A stretch of 64,000 nucleotides of DNA, from contig OZ255830.1 in assembly GCA_965277685.1 (NCBI GenBank), forward strand, positions 1,102,829-1,166,828, given 5' to 3'. The position numbers and the translations under genes are program-made. This DNA is from Alphaproteobacteria bacterium (GTDB taxonomy: Bacteria; Pseudomonadota; Alphaproteobacteria; GM7ARS4; CBDIDI01). The notes beneath the pieces are model-generated. The model was not told the DNA's origin. It did not search any database and worked only from the letters and a program-made list of their open reading frames with translations. Shown in pieces: positions 1 to 9,289 of this stretch. The stretch's first letter is position 1, and each line of letters starts with the position of its first letter.

Positions 1-15
1 CATGCCCGCCTGGTC

Positions 16-1314
16 GTGCAGGAGGGCAATTTCACCCTCGAGGTCAAATCAAGACCGCTTTATGTCGACGGCAAGGCGACAAGGGCGGATGCGGTCTCTT
101 TACACGTTCTTCATGTTGTCACTTTGGGAATGGCATTTTTTACCATCGGCGAGGCTTCGACCCGATGGGATACGATTGTTCTTCCGCGATTGGATCGGTC
201 GGCATCGTCCGATAGCGATACCGATGCGGATGATCGGATCGATCAAGAAGACATGAAGCATACCGACGGGGCGAGTTTACCTCCCCCTCCCTTTTCCGGC
301 GTCGACCCCTCCTCCCCCGGCGCCGGAAAAGCCCCTTTTGAGTCCGGGCAAACGGCATCGATGATGGCGACCGATCCGGCCGGAAACGATCGTCATCGCC
401 CCGATCGTCATCGTCATATGTATCGTGTGTCGATCGGCGTTGCCCTGTGCGCGGCGTTTTTGATCGCATGGCCGATGTATCAAATCTTTTTTTCCGTGCC
501 GAAAGAAATGCCCCCGGCCCTTTCTTTATCCGATCGGGTCAAACATACGATTGCCGGACTTGGTTCCGGATATGAAGCGGTCGTGTTATCGCCATCGGGT
601 CATTCGGATGGCCGGCTGACCCTCAGCGGCTATGTCCGGGATCGCAAACATTACCGGCGTCTTGTCGAGGCGCTTGCCGGCGCCGGAGAAAACCGCAATC
701 TGCACATGCGTGTCAATGTCGGCACGTCGATGGCGGAATGGATCGCGGATGACCTGATCTCGCGCCGATTTCATATCAAGGTGAAAGACCTTGGCCATGG
801 AAAATTCGAAATCTCGGGGATTGTCGATGATCCGGCCGCGCTTCAGGATGCGTTAAGCCAAATTCGCCAGCAGATGCCGGAAGTCAAAGATATTGAGGAA
901 CATATTATCTCGACACAACACATAGTGGATGTGGTGAAAGATGAATTACGTCATCAGGGGGTGCGAGGAGACCTTTCAATTAGCGGTACGCAAGCTCGGA
1001 TAGAGGCCGCCGGCTTTCTTGATGAAAAAGATTTTTCGCTATGGCGCAAAGTTGTCGGCGCATTGCGCCACATGTATGGATCGGCACTGGAAATCCGCGA
1101 CAAAGTGGAAAATGTCCCGGGGCTCAATTTGCCGATTCGAAGCGTGGTTCGCGGCCCGCATTCTTTTGTCGTTCTGACCGGCAAAGGTTATTTCAGCGAG
1201 GGAATGCAGCTTCCCAATGGATTCCGTCTCGACACGATCAGCCAGGATTACTTGCTGCTTAGTCGGGATGGGCGCACCTATAAATATCTTTACGGAGGGT
1301 ATAATAATGGCTGA
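16..1314 (+). CDS. Type III secretion inner-membrane ring protein, SctD/YscD-like (FHA-like N-terminus, single TM, periplasmic domains); the 5' end may lie upstream of the window
   Basis: ORF translation shows an FHA-like segment (…FTLEVKSRPLYVDGKATRAD…). One hydrophobic helix follows (VSIGVALCAAFLIAWPMYQIFF), then about 280 aa of periplasmic-type sequence. It sits directly upstream of YscE-like and needle-like genes, as in ysc/cds loci. This is a domain-architecture and context argument only. Confidence 0.4.
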   Translation: MQEGNFTLEVKSRPLYVDGKATRADAVSLHVLHVVTLGMAFFTIGEASTRWDTIVLPRLDRSASSDSDTDADDRIDQEDMKHTDGASLPPPPFSGVDPSSPGAGKAPFESGQTASMMATDPAGNDRHRPDRHRHMYRVSIGVALCAAFLIAWPMYQIFFSVPKEMPPALSLSDRVKHTIAGLGSGYEAVVLSPSGHSDGRLTLSGYVRDRKHYRRLVEALAGAGENRNLHMRVNVGTSMAEWIADDLISRRFHIKVKDLGHGKFEISGIVDDPAALQDALSQIRQQMPEVKDIEEHIISTQHIVDVVKDELRHQGVRGDLSISGTQARIEAAGFLDEKDFSLWRKVVGALRHMYGSALEIRDKVENVPGLNLPIRSVVRGPHSFVVLTGKGYFSEGMQLPNGFRLDTISQDYLLLSRDGRTYKYLYGGYNNG

Positions 1315-1555
1315 GCATAATGAATCGATCGTTCTTGATTTGGAAGAACAGCTCGTCAACGATGAAAAAGGCCAAGAGCGCGACGCGTTGCGCGCGCGCT
1401 TCGAGGAAGAAAAAAGATTGGTTGACGCAAAGTTGCGTGCGGGGGTCTCCCAGGAAACGTTTGCCTATTTGCAGACACTCAAACAGGGGTATGGGGCGGC
1501 CTTGCGGATGTTGGATGATATCTGGCGGCTGGCCCATTCCGGCGCCCATTCCTAA
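1307..1555 (+). CDS. Small helical protein, YscE-like needle co-chaperone candidate
   Basis: ATG at 1307 is preceded by GGAGGG. The 83-aa product MAEHNESIVLDLEEQL… shares the N-terminal LEEQL motif and the small acidic helical character of YscE, and occupies the YscD-YscE-YscF position. Confidence 0.3.
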   Translation: MAEHNESIVLDLEEQLVNDEKGQERDALRARFEEEKRLVDAKLRAGVSQETFAYLQTLKQGYGAALRMLDDIWRLAHSGAHS

Positions 1556-1578
1556 ACGTTCGACAAGGAGTAACGATT

Positions 1579-1812
1579 ATGTGCCCAGACGGTGTTAGCA
1601 TCGGAACCGCGATGAATGCGGGGATTAGTCAAGTCAATACGGATGATCAGAACCTGGCCACCGCGCAACAGACGGCAAAAGGTGGCTCGGCCGGGGACAT
1701 GCTCTCCCTCGAGCAGTCCGAACAGCAGTGGTCGATCGATGTCCAGATGACATCGAATATGATCAAAGCGGTATCCGACGCGGTGAAGTCGATCGTTCGC
1801 AATATTCAGTGA
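1579..1812 (+). CDS. sctF: Type III secretion needle filament protein, SctF/YscF/PrgI family (candidate)
   Basis: The 77-aa ORF has a strong AAGGAG RBS. Its C-terminal helix …QQWSIDVQMTSNMIKAVSDAVKSIVRNIQ aligns by eye with YscF (…NKWSVIYNINSTIVRSMKDLMQGILQKFP) and MxiH/PrgI C-termini (…NTVKVIKDVDAAIIQNFR). The canonical P-x-x-P turn is replaced by GGSAGD. Confidence 0.5.
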   Translation: MCPDGVSIGTAMNAGISQVNTDDQNLATAQQTAKGGSAGDMLSLEQSEQQWSIDVQMTSNMIKAVSDAVKSIVRNIQ

Positions 1813-2023
1813 TACGGGTGATGCCGGTTTCGGCGTGATCGATCCGCCGATCGGCGGTGCTCGCCGACATCATGGCCATTCGCATACCATATCGTCGGGC
1901 CAACGTATCGGGCCAAAGCATCGGGCCAAAATATCGGGGAGGTAGGGCCGCGTGTTGTGATTCCGGATCGTTCCGAATCGGCAACATGGGTCATTATTCT
2001 CGTCCGAAGGTGGTGGAACGGCG

Positions 2024-5000
2024 ATGTATTGGGATATCCCTCCGTATTTTTCGTCCCCCCGGCGCGAACCCCGCCGTGAACCCGGGCGTGAACCTCGCCG
2101 TGAACCGCATGGTGGGCTTCATCGCGAACCCCGCCGTGAACCCGGGCGCGAACCGCATGGTGGGCTTCATCGCGAACCCCGCCGTGAACCCGGGCGCGAA
2201 CCCCGCCGTGAACCCGGACGTGAATCTCGCCGTGAACCTTATCATGAACGGGGTTGGCAAGACCGATCGGGGGGCTTGTCGGGGCGGCAATTAATTGCCC
2301 GAAAGCATGGGTCAAAAACGGCGCCTTTTAATCCGATGTCGGGTAATCCCATGTCGGGTAATCGAATGTCCCGTGATGCGATGGCGGGCAATCCGATGAC
2401 ATATCTTGGCCCACCGACCCAAAAGCGCCGACATCCGGCGAGAGTCGCGTGTCTTATGGCCGTCATCGGCTTTGTCATCGGTGGTTTTGCCTATGCCGAT
2501 TTCATCCATTCCAAGCAGATTGTGATGGATATTGCTGCGGATATGGAGGCGGCCAAGCCGCCGACCGACACGCGATCGGCAATCGCCCATCCAAATATCA
2601 ACCATCCCAATATCGCCCGCCTAAATATCGCCGGTCCAAATATCGTAAAGGTCGCCGGTCAATTGCGGCGGCTCGACTCTATCGACGGCATCTATTGGCG
2701 ATGGATTTCCCGCTGGCAGGGGGAGGATCGGAATTTCCTCACCATCACCGCCACGCTAGAGAAAAAACTGGCCGAGCATGTGGCAAAACATGCAAGGCAC
2801 CGCGTCCATATGGATTTGCAGCACTTGCAAACCTATGTTTTTACCGCTAATCCGCGCAGCAAAGACGAGATTTCCTCTTTCCTGCAGGGGTTCGAGAAGA
2901 AAATGATCGATTTCGATCGGCGTATCGCGGCCTATCGCCATCGGATGATGGACGCGCCGGCGGCTTCGTATCGTGCAAGGTCGGGTTTTATCCGTGCTAT
3001 GTTCGATGGGTTAACCCCCAAATATGGACCTGAGTATAGGGGCGAGTATGGGCCCGAATATGGAGGCGTTCTTGCGACCCGTGGCGATGCTCCCCTCGGC
3101 CATGGTTCCCCCCCCAATGACTCCCTTGGCCATGGTTCCCCCAATGACTCCCGTGGCCATGGAAGCGGCGCGGATCATGCCGATATCGCTTTTATTCCGG
3201 CGCCGTTATGGCAAAGAATCGGGTTTATCCGTCACCTTGCCGCCCAAGATATGGATTTTCTGTCCCCCGATGATGCGGTTGTCGATCGCATTGGGCATAA
3301 GGTTGCCCAAATCATCGGCCGCCGGATTGCGACGTATTATCGGGACGACCCTTTGCTGCAGTATATCGATACGATAGGAGAGCATGCCGTTGCCCTTGGC
3401 GCGGACAATTCCGCGGCGAATCTGGCAAAGCTTTACCGATCTCTGGGTGATCTTGCCGATTTTCGTGGTGAATACGCACGTCTGGCCGCTTTTGACGGGC
3501 ATGTCGATCGGGAAATATCGGCCTTGTTTCAATCGATGTCGGCCTCGCTATGGTTTGCCGATGCGATCACCGGTTCTCTGGCCGGGCAACTTGATTCCCT
3601 GGCCCTTAACCATCGAGATCATCTGACACGAAATGTCCATTTGCTTGGCCCGATTATCCATCATCATGGCGATGGGGCATGGAATATTGCCCCGCGATTG
3701 CGATCGCGCCTCCAGGCGTTGCAACGGTTATTTGACTCTCCCTTGATGCAACATAATGGCGAGAACAGCGTCGATCGACTCCGCGAATTGACCGCTTTTA
3801 ATCGGCGCATCGACTGGAATATGCCCCTCTTGCAGGGCATTTTCGATGGATATGCCGATGTGCGGGCGGTGGACGGTATCGCCGGATCCGATGCGGGGCG
3901 GCAGGGGGCACCCATCCCGATCGATGAGGCATTCGATACCATCATTCGGCAGATCGCCGTGCGCGCGTTTTTTGACCGCGCTTTGACCCGTATTGTCGCA
4001 TCGGTTCGTCCCGTTTCCGGTGTTTCGAACGGTATCTCGGGGGGTATTCCTGGGAGTATTCCGGGGGGCGTTTCGGCCGGTATTCCGGGGAGTATTTCGG
4101 GCGGTATTCCTGGGAGTATATCGAGAGGTTCCACGTCCTTGATATCGGATAAGAATCGTGGCATTGCCGACATTTTCTCGCGGCTTTTTGCGTTGCGTGA
4201 CGTGCATAATGCCGTGTCCTTTCCGGGCTATGATATTCTTCAATGGGCGGTGTTGACGTGGAGTTATCATCAACTGGAGGATCTGACGGATCGGTTGCAA
4301 TCGAGCGATGTGTTTGTGTGGAAAAATCCCATCAATCGCCAATCTTCGGTGCGCCAAGCCGCTTTTTCCCAAGAACCGCCGGTGCAAGGGTGGTTGAAAA
4401 AAGAAAAAAGAACGCTGGCCGAATGGATCGATGCGGCGGCGCCTCTGGTCGATTTCACCGGACGCTATCGTCCTCGCGATCACTCGCGCGTTCTTTCCTT
4501 CTGGAAATCCTTGATCGAATGGAACGATGGCCGCAAAAATGATGGCGATCCGGCCATTTTCGATGACGCGGATCGCTATTATGCGTTAACCGCCGGATTT
4601 TTTGCCCATCGCGATCCGTGTTTTTCCGCTCCCTCGGCCCAAGAAACCAAACAAGGGGCAGAGCGGGATAACTTTTTTGCGTTGCGGTTAGGGCAGATGC
4701 AAGAACGTCTCGATCGCCACTGTCTTCATCAACGGCGTCATTCGCCGGTGCCGGTTGTCTATAATTCCTTGGTCGATGCGTTTCAACTGCGCCTCTCGGG
4801 GCGTTATCCCTTTGCCGATCCGCTTTCGGATAAGGATGTGGAGTCCGACCAGTTGCGCGATTTTTTCACCCGTTTTCATGAGAAGGCACCAACGATCAAA
4901 GCATTCTTGCAAAAGCAAACCGGGGATTCGCCCGATCGGCAAGCCGCTTTGCATTTCATCGATCGCATTCAATCGTCGCGGGTCTTTCTGCAACCTTTTT

Positions 5001-5557
5001 TGGCTTCCGATAAACACAGCATTCGCGTCGATCTCGATATTGGTTCCGGCGGTGTTCCGGATCGACGGCAAGGGGCGCCGGATAGGATTGAAATCATCGT
5101 CGGAAAAAAACATTTTCCCCTGAAGAAGAAGCAAAGTTTTTTGTGGAAGCGCGGGGATCGCATCGCCATTCGCATGATTTGGGAAGCGGATTCCCCCTTT
5201 ATGCCGGTGGTGGAAAATCATCATTCCCCCGGGATCGGCGGGCAAGACCGGGGCCCGGACGGGCAAGGCGGGCATAAGGATATCGTGATCGAGGCGCGGG
5301 GCGAATGGAGTTTATTACGCCTGATCGAGCACTATTCGACCGGACGAAAAGGAGATGCCGGTTGGGTGCTTGGCATTCCGGCGACCTTGATCAAACGCGC
5401 GGATTCCGACAATGCCTTTCCGCGGCCGTATGATTTGCAATTTTCCATGTTGCTGAATGTGACCGTCGGCCGAAAAGGGCACCCATGGCATCAGGTTTCA
5501 TCGTTGCCGAATTTCCCGCGTCAAATCCGCAAAATATCGCCGGCATTATTGCGCTAG
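2024..5557 (+). CDS. Large (1177 aa) repeat-containing protein of unknown function immediately downstream of the T3SS needle gene; N-terminal REPR/REPG repeats, one predicted TM helix, internal GIPGSISGG repeats
   Basis: Long uninterrupted ORF with AAGGTGG upstream. It has strong codon periodicity and no competing ORFs. I recognise no family. There is one hydrophobic helix (VACLMAVIGFVIGGFAYADFI). Confidence 0.5.
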   Translation: MYWDIPPYFSSPRREPRREPGREPRREPHGGLHREPRREPGREPHGGLHREPRREPGREPRREPGRESRREPYHERGWQDRSGGLSGRQLIARKHGSKTAPFNPMSGNPMSGNRMSRDAMAGNPMTYLGPPTQKRRHPARVACLMAVIGFVIGGFAYADFIHSKQIVMDIAADMEAAKPPTDTRSAIAHPNINHPNIARLNIAGPNIVKVAGQLRRLDSIDGIYWRWISRWQGEDRNFLTITATLEKKLAEHVAKHARHRVHMDLQHLQTYVFTANPRSKDEISSFLQGFEKKMIDFDRRIAAYRHRMMDAPAASYRARSGFIRAMFDGLTPKYGPEYRGEYGPEYGGVLATRGDAPLGHGSPPNDSLGHGSPNDSRGHGSGADHADIAFIPAPLWQRIGFIRHLAAQDMDFLSPDDAVVDRIGHKVAQIIGRRIATYYRDDPLLQYIDTIGEHAVALGADNSAANLAKLYRSLGDLADFRGEYARLAAFDGHVDREISALFQSMSASLWFADAITGSLAGQLDSLALNHRDHLTRNVHLLGPIIHHHGDGAWNIAPRLRSRLQALQRLFDSPLMQHNGENSVDRLRELTAFNRRIDWNMPLLQGIFDGYADVRAVDGIAGSDAGRQGAPIPIDEAFDTIIRQIAVRAFFDRALTRIVASVRPVSGVSNGISGGIPGSIPGGVSAGIPGSISGGIPGSISRGSTSLISDKNRGIADIFSRLFALRDVHNAVSFPGYDILQWAVLTWSYHQLEDLTDRLQSSDVFVWKNPINRQSSVRQAAFSQEPPVQGWLKKEKRTLAEWIDAAAPLVDFTGRYRPRDHSRVLSFWKSLIEWNDGRKNDGDPAIFDDADRYYALTAGFFAHRDPCFSAPSAQETKQGAERDNFFALRLGQMQERLDRHCLHQRRHSPVPVVYNSLVDAFQLRLSGRYPFADPLSDKDVESDQLRDFFTRFHEKAPTIKAFLQKQTGDSPDRQAALHFIDRIQSSRVFLQPFLASDKHSIRVDLDIGSGGVPDRRQGAPDRIEIIVGKKHFPLKKKQSFLWKRGDRIAIRMIWEADSPFMPVVENHHSPGIGGQDRGPDGQGGHKDIVIEARGEWSLLRLIEHYSTGRKGDAGWVLGIPATLIKRADSDNAFPRPYDLQFSMLLNVTVGRKGHPWHQVSSLPNFPRQIRKISPALLR
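2057..2250 (+). repeat. Tandem 12-nt/60-nt repeats (gaaccccgccgt / gaacccgggcgt units) encoding (R-E-P-R/G)n at the N-terminus of the 1177-aa protein
   Basis: Direct reading of the sequence; three larger units each containing …catggtgggcttcat…. Confidence 0.8.
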
Positions 5558-5611
5558 CCGGACGGTGTATGCCGTTTCGCGATGGGCCGGTAAGGCGGGG
5601 CGGGCGATTAA

Positions 5612-6220
5612 TCAATGATCCATCGTGAAGGTCAAACGAGAACGTCCGGTGATGATAATATTGCCTTTATCCTTGGCCAAGTCCAAGCCTTGCCCCCGTA
5701 GCGTTCCCAAAGGACCGTGTCCCGACACCGGAAAGGTTCCGGTGATGCGTTTTTGCTGGAAATCGATATCGACACTGTCGGTCTGCAACTCGTGCCCACT
5801 CTCGTGGTACAAGAGAACGTCGCGATTCAGATGCAGATAGTTCAAATCCTTTTCGAATATCCCATGTTTGGCTTGGACAAGAGTCCATCCATCGTCCTTG
5901 AAATGGACATCGGCCTGGACATCTTGCATATCGACCGTTTCCGGTTGGGCTTCGTTTGCCTCTCCGGCGGTCAGGGTATAGAAATCGTCCCCCTCACCAA
6001 GGATGCGATAGCGCGGGTTGATCATCCCCGGTGTGGATGCATTGGCCGTATTGGATACGATACTAAGAACCCCCGTATTATCGATTTGGGGCAAAGATAT
6101 GATAACGCCGAGATAGACAATGATGATCAAGGACGCGGCGCAAGCGACCCATTTGGAAAACCACACAAAGGCCGAATGTATTGTTTCCGGGGTGCGGCGC
6201 ATAGTGATTTTAACGATCAA
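5612..6220 (-). CDS. LptC-like periplasmic beta-jellyroll protein (N-terminal TM anchor); orphan, with no lptA/lptB nearby
   Basis: 202 aa with an N-terminal TM (AASLIIIVYLGVIISL). The C-terminal pattern (…LLYHESGHELQTDSVDIDFQQKRITGTFPVSGHGPLGTLRGQGLDLAKDKGNIIITGRSRLTF) resembles LptC/OstA-like folds. This is a weak call. Confidence 0.35.
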   Translation of the reverse strand: MIVKITMRRTPETIHSAFVWFSKWVACAASLIIIVYLGVIISLPQIDNTGVLSIVSNTANASTPGMINPRYRILGEGDDFYTLTAGEANEAQPETVDMQDVQADVHFKDDGWTLVQAKHGIFEKDLNYLHLNRDVLLYHESGHELQTDSVDIDFQQKRITGTFPVSGHGPLGTLRGQGLDLAKDKGNIIITGRSRLTFTMDH

Positions 6221-6862
6221 CGCCCGGATGGAGTCGAACCCCCATGGCGCAAAACCGGGACGGGAAAGGGGCTTGGTGGAAAGGATGCGTCAATAAGAAG
6301 GGCATGGCGGATGGCCAAATGGGAATACGTGGGGGAATATAGGGGGAAATACGGGGATGAATGCGGCGGTATACGGGGTCATATGAGGGATGGGTCGATA
6401 TTTTCAAGGCGGTCGGATCGTGCATGGATCTTTTATGGGGGCTTTTAAGGGTTTTTTTACGGGTGCTTTATTTTCAAGGCGGTCGGATTATTTATGGGGC
6501 TTTTACGGGTGCTTTTATGGGGGCACTCTTTTGACTTGTCTGCCCATTACAGCAAAAAAACGCCGCCGGCGCAATATATCCCGGATGCTTTCGTTCAAAA
6601 AAATCCCATAAAGCCCTGTGAAAATCCCCCGTGGAAAATCCCCGTGAGAAGTTGCCGATACAAGCCCCCCCATAAAATACCCATGGAAATCCCCGTGGAA
6701 AATCGAGCGATAAAAGCCGTGCGCCAAAAGCCTTCATAGGGAAAGAAAGAGCATGGTGCATATTTATTTTCTTCGTTAATGACGCATTCATATTGACCGA
6801 CTATATTTACCCCATACAAAGGAGGGTCGTCTTTGTGACGATCCATATTCAAGGAGGATATT

Positions 6863-6940
6863 ATGTCTTGGAATACTCCCAAAATCGTTGAAGTTTCTGT
6901 CGGTCTTGAGATCAACAGCTACGCTTGCGCCGAAGTCTAA
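6863..6940 (+). CDS. pqqA: PqqA, pyrroloquinoline quinone precursor peptide (orphan copy; not in the supplied ORF track)
   Basis: GGAGGA RBS at 6853-6858 and ATG at 6863. The product MSWNTPKIVEVSVGLEINSYACAEV carries the conserved E-x-x-x-Y motif (EINSY). It is near-identical in pattern to Gluconobacter-type PqqA (MAWNTPKVTEIPLGAEINSYVC…). A rho-independent terminator follows. Confidence 0.8.
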   Translation: MSWNTPKIVEVSVGLEINSYACAEV

Positions 6941-6960
6941 TCCAGACTTCAGGTATGGAA

Positions 6961-6994
6961 AAGCCTCGGCCCTTCGGGCCGGGGCTTTTTCGTG
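6961..6994. terminator. GC-rich hairpin (gcctcggccc ttcg ggccggggc) followed by TTTTT; likely a bidirectional terminator for pqqA (+) and anmK (-)
   Basis: Perfect stem and T-run on the + strand; the A-run on the other side serves the convergent gene. Confidence 0.6.
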
Positions 6995-7071
6995 TACGCC
7001 TTTTCGATAAACGATAGAATTCCTTCTTTTCATTCGGGCCTTTTTATTTGGGCTTTTTTATTTGGGCCTTT

Positions 7072-8271
7072 TCATTCGGTATTGCGATGTTTCCGGCCGG
7101 GGTGATGCCGGACACCACCGCTTGAGGGGCGGGCAACCCCGGTTGTGGTCGGTATGGTCAAGGCCAGTCCCTTTTGTGAACGAACGGCCAACCAGGCAAA
7201 GGCCTGGGCTTCGATGGCATCACCGCTAAATCCAAGGCTTTCGATCGTGTCGACCGAACAAGGGGCGAGGCGGTTTTGCAACTCTCCCATGATGGCGGCA
7301 TTATGGCGACCGCCCCCGCAAACGTAGAGCCATCGTGGCGGATGATATGCAAAATCCATGGCCTTTTGGACGGCGGCCGCACTGCACGCGGATAACGTCG
7401 CCGCGCCGTCACAACAGGATAAATCCTTGACGATGTCCTTGTTAAAGGCGGCCCGATCCAGTGATTTTGGTGGCTTTCGATCAAACCAGGGATGGCCGAG
7501 AAATTGATCGAGAACGGCTTTGTGCACATGGCCGCAACGCGATAATTCCCCGTTATGATCAAAGGCTTGGCCGTTATGGTGATGGATCCAATCATCCAAA
7601 AGCGCGTTGCCGGGGCCGGTATCGAAGGCCAAGGGCGGACGGTCATCGCAAAGAAAGGTAATATTGGCCACCCCGCCGATGTTCAATATCGCGCCGGCAC
7701 TATGGCGATCGGGTGTCTTTGCGCCATCGTGAGACTGCAGCAACGCGGCGTGAAACAAAGGAACCATCGGTGCCCCCTGGCCGCCACGGGAAAGGTCGCG
7801 ACTTCTAAAATCGTCGATGACATCGGTTCGGCACATATCCGCCAAAAGCTGGCCGTCGCCGATTTGCCAAGACCGGCCTTCTTCAGGGCAATGGGTAAGG
7901 GTATGGCCATGAAATCCGATAAGGTCGATGCTGGCCAATGATTGGCGTGCTTTTTCGCACAGCCGAAAGACCGCCTTTGCATGATATTCGGTCAGATCGC
8001 GGGCCACATCGCGGGCGATGGCGGCATCGTCCGGATCGTGTTTTCCGGCCCCGCCTAATCGGCGCAACCGATCGCGAAAAGGATCATCATAAGGAAGGGT
8101 TAAAAAATCACCGGCGACAATGTGATGGCGTCCATCCGTTTCCAATATGGCGGCATCGACCCCGTCCATGGACGTGCCGCTCATCAGGCCGATGACGCGG
8201 TGGATTTTTTCGACTTCTTCGTTCATGTCCATTGTGATGGCACTCGGTTTTTGACCCCGTCCCATTTCCAT
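7072..8271 (-). CDS. anmK: Anhydro-N-acetylmuramic acid kinase
   Basis: Contains …VIGLMSGTSMDGVDAAILETDG… and is the right length for AnmK. The true start is probably the internal MDMNEE (about 8232). Confidence 0.8.
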   Translation of the reverse strand: MEMGRGQKPSAITMDMNEEVEKIHRVIGLMSGTSMDGVDAAILETDGRHHIVAGDFLTLPYDDPFRDRLRRLGGAGKHDPDDAAIARDVARDLTEYHAKAVFRLCEKARQSLASIDLIGFHGHTLTHCPEEGRSWQIGDGQLLADMCRTDVIDDFRSRDLSRGGQGAPMVPLFHAALLQSHDGAKTPDRHSAGAILNIGGVANITFLCDDRPPLAFDTGPGNALLDDWIHHHNGQAFDHNGELSRCGHVHKAVLDQFLGHPWFDRKPPKSLDRAAFNKDIVKDLSCCDGAATLSACSAAAVQKAMDFAYHPPRWLYVCGGGRHNAAIMGELQNRLAPCSVDTIESLGFSGDAIEAQAFAWLAVRSQKGLALTIPTTTGVARPSSGGVRHHPGRKHRNTE

Positions 8272-8557
8272 TTATTCCATTCAATCTATCCCATTTCATT
8301 ATCGATGGGCCGCGGGTTTGAACATGCCTTACATTCGAACATAAGGGCAAGAAAGATGGGGAAAAAGGGGGCATTATGCTTTCCTTTGCCCTCTTTTACG
8401 ATGGGAGGGAAATAAGCCCCATGGCGCCGCACTAAAAATTTCAATGGCACTTTTCCACAGATTCCGATAAGCGTGGAAAATCTTCCCCAGTGGCCTTTAA
8501 TCGGGTTTTGCCGCCATGGTCATGGTTTATCGCAATATGACGATACGATGGTAAAAA

Positions 8558-8632
8558 TGGTGGGCGCGGCAGGAATTGAACCTGCGACCCCTCCCGTGTG
8601 AAGGGAGTGCTCTCCCTCTGAGCTACGCGCCC
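8558..8632 (-). tRNA. tRNA-Val (anticodon CAC), CCA encoded
   Basis: The reverse complement folds as a canonical cloverleaf: GGGCGCG acceptor stem, GCTC/GAGC D-stem, CTCCC-TTCACAC-GGGAG anticodon arm, GCAGG-TTCAATT-CCTGC T-arm, discriminator A, CCA. Confidence 0.85.
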
Positions 8633-9289
8633 GAATGTCCCTCTAATAGCTTGAATTTAAAGGAAAGCCTAAGATTTTTTAACAAAAATGATAGGATGTT
8701 TCAAAGATCGAATGTTTTTGCCGCGCCGGTCGATTATCCGCGCGTTGATGCCGATCGATCGAAGGAAAGGCGTTCTTTTGCATGGTTTCACGCGGGCATG
8801 CGCTGGTTTCGCGGCCAATGCGGTCGTTGGCATCATTACAATAATATTTTAAAAGTTAAAAAGTATTCACATATTTATCCACAGGCTGCCGAGGCTAGGG
8901 AAGATGCGGATTTTGGGCGATGGACGATGTTCTCGGCAATTATCGGGGCCTCGGATCGTATGGCTTGGCGAATGGAGGCCGGGCCGCGCTTCGGGCAAGT
9001 AAAAAAGATCTGTGGATCGAAAAATTGAACCATGCCGATTCGACGATAGAAGGCACGTAACGCACCGCTTTCGATCGACCGATAGGGGCACGCATTAAAC
9101 GGAGGCACCGATAAAATGGGGATGCCCATATGGATAAAATGGCGATGCCCAAACGGAGGCATCGATAAAATGGGGATGCCCACGCATCGCGATGGGAGAA
9201 AAGCCCCCAAGGGGGCGAACAGGCCCAAGGGTGCGGACAGGAATATATTTGGATGATAAAAAGATGGGGATAATGCCGAGCGTTCCGTC

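Noticed and set aside
1806-2315. Minus-strand ORFs (169 and 98 aa) encoding HGGVRARVHGG repeats
   Set aside because: They are antisense translations of the REPR tandem repeats at the 5' end of the 1177-aa gene, so they are repeat artefacts.
3664-4483. Minus-strand ORFs of 169 and 251 aa inside the giant gene
   Set aside because: They are antisense to a long ORF with strong coding periodicity, and their repeat-driven composition (PGIPPEI, NTPRNTGRN) mirrors the sense-strand repeats.
5717-6448. 243-aa + strand ORF
   Set aside because: It is entirely antisense to the LptC-like gene and continues into intergenic repeats, with no RBS.
8576-9028. 150-aa ORF on the + strand
   Set aside because: It starts inside the tRNA-Val gene on the opposite strand and runs through an AT-rich, repeat-containing non-coding patch. 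It is likely spurious.
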